A program made the translations under genes and the position numbers. 64,000 bases of DNA from a virus. This document shows, piece after piece, positions 58,017 to 64,000 of this stretch. Numbering within the stretch: position 1 is the stretch's first letter; every line of letters starts with the position of its first letter. The notes under the pieces are model-generated. The model was not told where the DNA came from. It saw only the letters and a program-made list of their open reading frames with translations, and did not search any database. Where the stretch lies: the IMG/VR virus record IMGVR_UViG_3300045988_109836, one strand, 5' to 3'.

Positions 58017-58966
58017 ACCTCAAACAATTTATCTCCGACATATATCTTTACTTTGCTTTTTCTCTCTACCTGTCTTTTGTATGGTTCTTTAGGCGGTTCA
58101 AATGAATGTGTCTCGTCATTCCAAACCATACCTTTAGGCACCTCCTTAAGGTCGCAACGGCAAAAAGGGTGAACACTATTTAACACTGGTTTCCAATCTT
58201 TAACTTTCCTCCCTATATTGTCCCCATTGCTTATAAGGTCTATAAGCTTGAATATCCTCGGTTTGCTTCCTATCCCTGCTGTGGTGTAAAACTTTATGCA
58301 GTGCTGGCACGCTCCACTGAATACCTCTTTATATACAAGCGCGTCCGCCCCCTGTTCCTTCATTATCTGCTGGGCTACCCCGGTCTGATAGATGTTCTGC
58401 ATTTCGGTTTCCACTATACGTCCCCAGTCACGATTCCAGTCTTCCAGGGAATGCCCTATGTTGCTAACAATGTTCTGCACGGATTTCTTTTTCAACACAC
58501 CTTCTATCATTTCCTTCTTTATCGTTCCAAGCTCCAGTTGTCTCTGTTTCTCTACAAGCGCTTTTGCTTCCTCTTCCGACACGGCATTTGACATTATCGT
58601 TTTGGCCCGTTCCCCCATCGTCTTTATATAGGAGTACGTGCGTGTCGCTGCTGCATAATAAACTTCCTTTTCCAGGGGTGTAAGAACCGCCCATTGGTGA
58701 CGGTCTATATACTTTGTAAAATCGTCAAAATTGAGTGTTGATAATTGTGCTGGCGTGAGTTGTGCACTCAATCTCCCAAACAGATAGGATTGGAAATAGG
58801 GTGGTAATTTTTGTATCTCCCTTCTCCATTTATAGCCATACCGCCTTAACAAAGACTTGTCTTCCGGTGTCAATAGTTCATCTCCCATTACATCGGCTAC
58901 AATCCTTGCAAGACGGTAGTCTATTATATCATACAGTTTTTGTATCTCTTCCGGCGTAAATATCAT
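58013..58966 (-). CDS. MuF/SPP1 gp7-like minor head (head morphogenesis) protein
   Basis: 317 aa. C-terminal ..CQHCIKFY...NSVHPFCRCDLKEVP.. (H-P-x-C-R-C signature of the Mu F family). Encoded downstream of the portal gene. Confidence 0.7.
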   Translation of the reverse strand: MIFTPEEIQKLYDIIDYRLARIVADVMGDELLTPEDKSLLRRYGYKWRREIQKLPPYFQSYLFGRLSAQLTPAQLSTLNFDDFTKYIDRHQWAVLTPLEKEVYYAAATRTYSYIKTMGERAKTIMSNAVSEEEAKALVEKQRQLELGTIKKEMIEGVLKKKSVQNIVSNIGHSLEDWNRDWGRIVETEMQNIYQTGVAQQIMKEQGADALVYKEVFSGACQHCIKFYTTAGIGSKPRIFKLIDLISNGDNIGRKVKDWKPVLNSVHPFCRCDLKEVPKGMVWNDETHSFEPPKEPYKRQVERKSKVKIYVGDKLFEV

Positions 58967-59163
58967 TTTCCGACCGTTTTAATCATTTCTTTTATAAGCT
59001 CCTTTATCATCGCGTCCGATTGTGTGGCAAACATGGTCTGTGCAAGCCCTTCATATCCGCATTGTATTTTCGGGTATCTGATAGGGTCTTTCACGTGTCT
59101 TTTCACTCCAATAAGACGCGATACCAAAGGTGTTCTTATACCATCAATTTTCTTTTCCGGCAT
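58963..59163 (-). CDS. small hypothetical protein (66 aa)
   Basis: The track ORF 58963..59334 overlaps ORF 59144..59386 out of frame for 190 nt. Trimmed to the ATG at 59163 (MPEKKIDGIRTPL..), leaving a 20-nt overlap. ATGA-coupled to the MuF gene. Confidence 0.4.
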   Translation of the reverse strand: MPEKKIDGIRTPLVSRLIGVKRHVKDPIRYPKIQCGYEGLAQTMFATQSDAMIKELIKEMIKTVGK

Positions 59164-59386
59164 TCTTCTTTTCTTTGATTTTGTAACCATCATATAACGA
59201 TTCGTCCCACATTGACATATCCGGTGCAGGGAAATAGGGATTTGAAGGCGCGTTTCTATAATCCTCTCTACCTTCTGGACCCATCGCTGCAATTTCCTCC
59301 ATCGTCCAACCTTCACCCATTCCGCGTTCTTCAATCTCGAACCATTCGTCGGCCGTCATATCAATTCCGTACTTTTTCTTTTCCAT
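59144..59386 (-). CDS. small acidic protein (80 aa)
   Basis: ATG start about 30 nt downstream of a good Bacteroidota-type promoter. Acidic composition. Confidence 0.5.
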   Translation of the reverse strand: MEKKKYGIDMTADEWFEIEERGMGEGWTMEEIAAMGPEGREDYRNAPSNPYFPAPDMSMWDESLYDGYKIKEKKNAGKEN

Positions 59387-59414
59387 AATTAACTCCTTTC
59401 TTTAAGTTTCTATG

Positions 59415-59446
59415 CAAATATACAAAACTGTTCAGAATTGAACAAA
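59415..59446 (-). promoter_or_regulatory. Bacteroidota-type promoter TTTG-N20-TATATTTG (class II, TTTGCAT)
   Basis: On the minus strand: TTTG at 59443..59446, a 20-nt spacer, then TATATTTG at 59415..59422 followed by CATAG. Confidence 0.5.
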
Positions 59447-59447
59447 T

Positions 59448-60377
59448 TTATAAGTCTATTTTTTTAAGAAACCTATCAAGTTCTTTTTGATTTAACACTT
59501 TGTTATCATAAATCACTCCATTATCGGAATTACCGTCATACAATTTAACGGACTTAAATTTATCTTTCAACGGAGTTTCGATAACTTTCTTGAAAGATTC
59601 GGATGCGCCCTTATGTCCTTTTCTCGCTATTTCTGTAGGGACATACCGTTTCGTTCTCTCAAAACGTTTCTGTATTCTATCCAAAGCCGTATTGAAATCG
59701 GTTGCCACTCCTACCAAATGAACATCATAACCTTGTGCCTTCAATTCGTCAACAAGTTTTTCAAGTTTTGCCGGATTTCCAAAAACAGCATCTTTCACAA
59801 AAGAAGATTTTTTGGAAACATATTCTTTATCAATCTGTTTTCCTATATCCGACACTTCTTCATGTACATAAGAAGCTGCCTTCTTCGGGTCTATATCCTT
59901 CACTCTTTCATAGTCCGGTATCATGTCGCGCATATCGTCCACGTCAATAACGGGCAACTTGTCTATAGACGGGTCTTTCTCTTTCATCTTCTTAAGATAA
60001 TACCCTTTGCCCGAACCACCACCGCCAAGCATTAAGTAAGCACGCGGTTTGGTCTCAAACAACATTTTCTTCCGATATTCAGACTTCACTTTATTATGGA
60101 CTTTAATCTGTCTGTCTCGTTTCCAAACACCGCCTTCCTTATAAAGGTCTTCCGTTGTCTTGGTTAAGTCGGCTTTCTCTTCCTCTGTAGCCTTTCTTTT
60201 CTTGTAGGGTAATCCCACAATACCAAGTTTTCGGTTTACCGCGTTGTTCACATATACGCCTTGTTGTGCCTTCGCAATTTCCAAAAGCGTATCATACAAT
60301 TCTGTACGTCCGAAGCTCTTTTCTAAAAGAGCCTTGTTTATGTATCTGTCCAGTTTTAATTCATCGAAGCTTTCCAT
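59448..60377 (-). CDS. zeta-toxin-like P-loop kinase domain protein
   Basis: 309 aa. Walker A ..LMLGGGGSGKGYY.., then ..PVIDVDDMRDMIPDY.. (the zeta-family D-x-D-x-x-R pattern) and ..RTKRYVPTEIARKGH.. near the end. Confidence 0.55.
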   Translation of the reverse strand: MESFDELKLDRYINKALLEKSFGRTELYDTLLEIAKAQQGVYVNNAVNRKLGIVGLPYKKRKATEEEKADLTKTTEDLYKEGGVWKRDRQIKVHNKVKSEYRKKMLFETKPRAYLMLGGGGSGKGYYLKKMKEKDPSIDKLPVIDVDDMRDMIPDYERVKDIDPKKAASYVHEEVSDIGKQIDKEYVSKKSSFVKDAVFGNPAKLEKLVDELKAQGYDVHLVGVATDFNTALDRIQKRFERTKRYVPTEIARKGHKGASESFKKVIETPLKDKFKSVKLYDGNSDNGVIYDNKVLNQKELDRFLKKIDL

Positions 60378-60383
60378 ACTGTC

Positions 60384-62084
60384 TTATTTGTAAAGATTTT
60401 TTAAATAATAATCAACTGCTGGTTTCATTATAGGATTGTCGTTAAACGACTTGTATTGTGCAAACGGGTCTTCCTCGTCTTCCGGTACACCTTCCGGCTG
60501 CTGTCCTGGTTGTGAAGCTCCGAACATCTTGTTTTGTTCTTCTGCCTGCTTCATTCCCTGGTACACCTGGTTAAGAATGATGTCCTTTTCCGGGTCAAAG
60601 TCTCGTCCGTTATACTTCTTGAAGATATCCTGCATGGCAACCATTCCGCTACTCAATTTCTCGGAATCAAGTTTTACCTGTGCTTCCTCGTCTTCCACCT
60701 CTATTCCGGTAAATGCAAACTCATAGTTTTCGTCTAACTCACTTACAATATACTTCGTTATGATACCCTGCAAGAATATCAATAGAGGCTTCAATCCTTT
60801 TTCCCGGCTGTGCTTCAATCTTTCGCGCTGCCCGTCCTGTCCGAATATCTGCTGACTTTCCTTGAAATTGAATCCAAGTTCGGACGGGTCTATACGGTAT
60901 ACGGAACATGTCATTATAATAAGAAACTTTATCCATTCGTTAAATTCCATATCACGATTGCTAAGTTTCTGTAAATCAACCCATTCCAAATCGATACCGT
61001 TTATAACGGGTGTGCGGTGACTGTTGCTTACCCCTGCCATCGTCTGTGTCCATGCCTGCCGAAACTCTTGCAATGTACTGTTTGATATATTGGGGTTCTT
61101 TATATTGATAAACCCTTTAGGCTGTGACCCCTGCGAAAAAAAATTTGCATTATAGGAAAAGCCCCACAATATCCAGGTTATGATATTTACCAGCGTTTCC
61201 AATTCCGATATCCCATATCCGTTTCTTCTTACATCAGATGTCTTGTTTCTGATACCAAAACCAAGCTCCCACGGGTAATACAATATCGGTTCCTTCGTTA
61301 TAGGATTGTGAAGAATCATCTCGTCCCACACCATACAGTAACGCGGCAAATGCCCCTTAAATCTGTACTGCTCGAAGCCTTCCCTTTGTCTTGGGTCTAC
61401 ACTGTCCAGAAAGCGTATCAAAGAAGCGTCCACGGCACGGAATTTCTGCAATTCCCACATTCTGTTTCGCACCATCTCAAAGGCCAACTGGTCTAATGTA
61501 AGACTATCCGACATTATTTTACTTACAAATTCCTGCAAGCTGTCTACATTATCCCATTTGTCCGTCCATCCTCCCTTTTCCAGGAATTCGACTATCTTTG
61601 CAATCTTTTTCTTGTCCTCGTTTGTCAGTTTTTCATCCCCGGTAGAAAAAAGGCTTTTCTTCTTTCTGATTGTGTAGCCTTCCTTCTGCTCGTCTTCCGA
61701 AAAGTCCATAAAGTTCATTATCTGCTCCACACGTGTAGACACGATACTTTTCACTATATGGATATCTCCCATCCGACGCAATACGGAAAAGGATAGAACC
61801 CCTTTGGAATCCTTGAATCCTCTTCCGTTGCCGGATATGTCGTTAGGGTCAAAGAAAACAGACTGTATTCTTGTCGGCTGTCTGTTGATTTCTCCCAGAT
61901 ACAAATTAGCTTTCATTATCTCCCCTGCATCATTCGAGTTCAGTGCAGCCTGCAATTTGCTTTGGAAAGCCATAGGTGCCGCCTTCTGTAATCTGTCTAT
62001 TTCTTCAATGGACAAACTCGAAAGGCTTGCTATCAAATCCGGCTTTTCCGCTTTTTGTATAATCTTTCTTTTTCTCCTTCCCAT
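60384..62084 (-). CDS. portal protein
   Basis: The track start at 62093 is TTG; the ATG is at 62084 (MGRRKRKIIQ..). About 566 aa with an acidic C-terminus. Located upstream of the MuF-like gene. Confidence 0.65.
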   Translation of the reverse strand: MGRRKRKIIQKAEKPDLIASLSSLSIEEIDRLQKAAPMAFQSKLQAALNSNDAGEIMKANLYLGEINRQPTRIQSVFFDPNDISGNGRGFKDSKGVLSFSVLRRMGDIHIVKSIVSTRVEQIMNFMDFSEDEQKEGYTIRKKKSLFSTGDEKLTNEDKKKIAKIVEFLEKGGWTDKWDNVDSLQEFVSKIMSDSLTLDQLAFEMVRNRMWELQKFRAVDASLIRFLDSVDPRQREGFEQYRFKGHLPRYCMVWDEMILHNPITKEPILYYPWELGFGIRNKTSDVRRNGYGISELETLVNIITWILWGFSYNANFFSQGSQPKGFINIKNPNISNSTLQEFRQAWTQTMAGVSNSHRTPVINGIDLEWVDLQKLSNRDMEFNEWIKFLIIMTCSVYRIDPSELGFNFKESQQIFGQDGQRERLKHSREKGLKPLLIFLQGIITKYIVSELDENYEFAFTGIEVEDEEAQVKLDSEKLSSGMVAMQDIFKKYNGRDFDPEKDIILNQVYQGMKQAEEQNKMFGASQPGQQPEGVPEDEEDPFAQYKSFNDNPIMKPAVDYYLKNLYK

Positions 62085-62096
62085 TGTAAACAATTT

Positions 62097-63599
62097 TTAT
62101 GCACCAGCCAATTGAGTTAAATTTACCGTCGCTTTCTTTCCTCCTTCCACTGCCGTAACAACTGCCGTTCCGGTACGCTGTGCCCCCGTATTTGCAGCCG
62201 CAACAACAGAGTATTCGGTAGACCCCTTGGTAAACCCTGTGCCGCTTACAACCGTATCATAATCTACTGTCATTGCTGCACCCTCATTCTTTCCGTTCAC
62301 CTTCTTTTGTTTCTTGCTTGAAACACCGAACGTCTTTGTTTCTCCTGCTGCTGCAAATGAAAGCGTTGTCGGGTTTGTAGTCAATGTATATTCATAGGTA
62401 ACTGTCGCTGCAAGCTGTGTTAACGTAACCTTTACTGTCTTGTTACTTCCAGTCTGTGTAATGGTAATAGAACCGCTATTAACTGCTTCTGCCTTGTTTT
62501 CAGCCGCCACTATACTATAATTCTCTCCATTAGATGTTTCAGAAGAAGTCTGGCTGAATCCGGTTCCGGTAATCTGTGCAGTCGTATCTACCTTCTCAAC
62601 ACCGCCAGACGGTTTGCCGTTGACTTTTTTCTGTCTTGTTGAAACAACTTGTAAACTCTTAGTTTCTCCAAGCGCCACAAACTGTATGGTCTGTGAATTG
62701 GCTGTAAGCGCATAGTCATACGTCACTGTAGCCGCATTCTGTGTCAAGTTCATCTGTACAGTCTTTCCGCCTTCCTGTGAAATAGTCGCTTTTCCTGTTC
62801 TCTGTGATGTCCCGGTATTCTCCGCAGCTTTCAGATTGTAGTTGTTTCCGCTCACTTCATAGCTGAATCCCACACCTGCCAGTTCTATGTCAGTAGGATA
62901 AGTTTGTGCCTGCTGTTTTACCCCGTTCAGAACTTTTGTTCTTGTAGAGGTCACTGTAACCAGCTTTTCACCTCCTGCACCGTCAAAAGTCACTGATGTA
63001 GGATTAAGCGTCAGTGCGTATTCGTATGACACGGTAGATGCGGCCTGTACACATTCAATCTGCACGGTCTTTCCACTCTCATTCTGTTTAATCGTCACAA
63101 CTGCCTTTCTTGTCGTGTTGTTCGGGTTTTCGTCTACCGTTACTTGTCCTCCACCGTCAACCTTGAATCCGGTTCCAGATATTGAGAATGTTACTGGCAC
63201 ACCTTCCGGGTGTCCTACTGGTTGTCCGTTCTTGAATGTCTGTTTTGAAGAAGTAACCACACACATATCATCTCCTCCTTTTGCCGGGAAATTGAGTGTA
63301 GGCTCTTTGGTCTCCAATACATATTCTATCGTATCTTGTACGTCCGACAATACGATGCTTTCTTCCTCGAATCCTTCCGGATATGCAATAAGCTTAACAA
63401 GCGCCTTGAAAGCCCATTCCTTGAACTGTCCTATATTATAGGTGTGTCCGGGTTCTATCACGATACCCAGACTCTTGTAATATTCCACGTCACCATAGAG
63501 GCTTTCCGTTACGAAAACCTTCATCTGACCGTCGATTCCGTCGGTTACGACGGTCATCTGGTGAACATTATCCTCTGTTGTAAACAATAACCGTAACAT
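62097..63599 (-). CDS. protein with four tandem BACON/Ig-like repeats (possible capsid decoration or adhesion protein)
   Basis: Start set at the ATG at 63599 (MLRLLFTTED..), just after the upstream stop. Four ~95-aa repeats each end ..N-x-G/T..(Q)R-(T/K)-G/A-x-(A/V)-(T/V)-(I/V)-(S/T)...K-(T/A)-V-x-(V/M)-x-L-T-Q. Confidence 0.6.
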   Translation of the reverse strand: MLRLLFTTEDNVHQMTVVTDGIDGQMKVFVTESLYGDVEYYKSLGIVIEPGHTYNIGQFKEWAFKALVKLIAYPEGFEEESIVLSDVQDTIEYVLETKEPTLNFPAKGGDDMCVVTSSKQTFKNGQPVGHPEGVPVTFSISGTGFKVDGGGQVTVDENPNNTTRKAVVTIKQNESGKTVQIECVQAASTVSYEYALTLNPTSVTFDGAGGEKLVTVTSTRTKVLNGVKQQAQTYPTDIELAGVGFSYEVSGNNYNLKAAENTGTSQRTGKATISQEGGKTVQMNLTQNAATVTYDYALTANSQTIQFVALGETKSLQVVSTRQKKVNGKPSGGVEKVDTTAQITGTGFSQTSSETSNGENYSIVAAENKAEAVNSGSITITQTGSNKTVKVTLTQLAATVTYEYTLTTNPTTLSFAAAGETKTFGVSSKKQKKVNGKNEGAAMTVDYDTVVSGTGFTKGSTEYSVVAAANTGAQRTGTAVVTAVEGGKKATVNLTQLAGA

Positions 63600-63603
63600 G
63601 TCC

Positions 63604-63981
63604 TTATGCGTTTTGTGCCACAAGTTCTTCGCGCCAAGTGTCGTTATCCGCAATGATAACCACGTTCAAATCCTCTTTCGCCTCCAATCCCAAATCTGCC
63701 AGTGTAAACGCCATAGGTTTACCGGACATAACTTTTGTAGAGATGGTTTTGCGGTCTCCCCTCACTACTCCGAATCTTTCCGCGCTTTCCTTCAAGTCAA
63801 CGCTATTAGGGAAATAGATATCCACGTCCTTCTTTGCCGGAACGCTTGTCTTGATGGTGATTACACAAGCGTTCGCGTCGTTCCATTCCGCCGTTACGGA
63901 CACGATTTCATTAAGTCCTTGTGGGTCAATAATCAATTCCAAACCCTTTTCTTCTGCAAACGATACAAGTTCTTCGTGCAT
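63604..63981 (-). CDS. hypothetical protein (the frame stays open to the window edge, so the start could lie further upstream)
   Basis: The track ORF reaches 63996 with a GTG. The first ATG is at 63981 (MHEELVSFAEE..). The window ends at 64000. Confidence 0.45.
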   Translation of the reverse strand: MHEELVSFAEEKGLELIIDPQGLNEIVSVTAEWNDANACVITIKTSVPAKKDVDIYFPNSVDLKESAERFGVVRGDRKTISTKVMSGKPMAFTLADLGLEAKEDLNVVIIADNDTWREELVAQNA

Positions 63982-64000
63982 GACCGCTTCGCCCACATTC

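Noticed and set aside
59144-59163. Programmed frameshift linking ORF 59144..59386 to ORF 58963..59334.
   Set aside because: No canonical slippery heptamer is present in the overlap (..AAGAAAAGAAGAATGCCGGAAAAGAAAATTGA..). An internal ATG at 59163 explains the downstream ORF.

Overview
This window is about 64 kb of a contractile-tailed (myovirus-type) dsDNA phage genome. All calls rest on motifs, gene order and manual sequence comparison; no database search was possible.

The host is probably a Bacteroidota bacterium. The evidence is TAnnTTTG-type -7 promoter boxes, BACON-like and BspA-type LRR domains, and long arrays of carboxypeptidase-regulatory-like beta-sandwich repeats.

Every convincing gene but one lies on the minus strand. 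Read in the direction of transcription (high to low coordinates), the modules are:
- Head module (63996-49412): BACON-like repeat protein, portal, zeta-toxin-like kinase, MuF-like protein, Nudix/Dps-like multidomain protein, prohead protease, scaffold and major capsid protein.
- Neck, sheath and tube (49408-44345), interrupted by a degenerate serine-recombinase-like gene.
- DNA-modification and packaging block (44076-36717): Dam-like and cytosine-MTase-like genes, a DEDD exonuclease, a large terminase carrying a mini-intein in its P-loop, and a GIY-YIG homing endonuclease.
- Tail module (36592-8279): tape measure, baseplate, a 3420-aa baseplate-J/fibre fusion protein and an 1818-aa LRR-tipped fibre.
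- A block of very small early-type ORFs (8169-3967).
- Replication genes: DnaB-like helicase, primase and MazG.

The main finding is a 3.1-kb invertible segment (15240..18360) bounded by perfect 81-bp inverted repeats.
- One repeat lies in frame inside the 3420-aa fibre gene.
- The other is fused in frame to the only plus-strand ORF, which has no start codon or promoter of its own.
- Inversion would replace the C-terminal 484 aa of the fibre with a different 484-aa tip.
- No catalytically intact invertase is visible in the window.

Secondary findings:
- A roughly 120-nt promoter/leader element in four full copies plus one truncated copy, with a palindromic operator.
- An intein plus a free-standing homing endonuclease pair.
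- Several unusual enzymes inside the head module.
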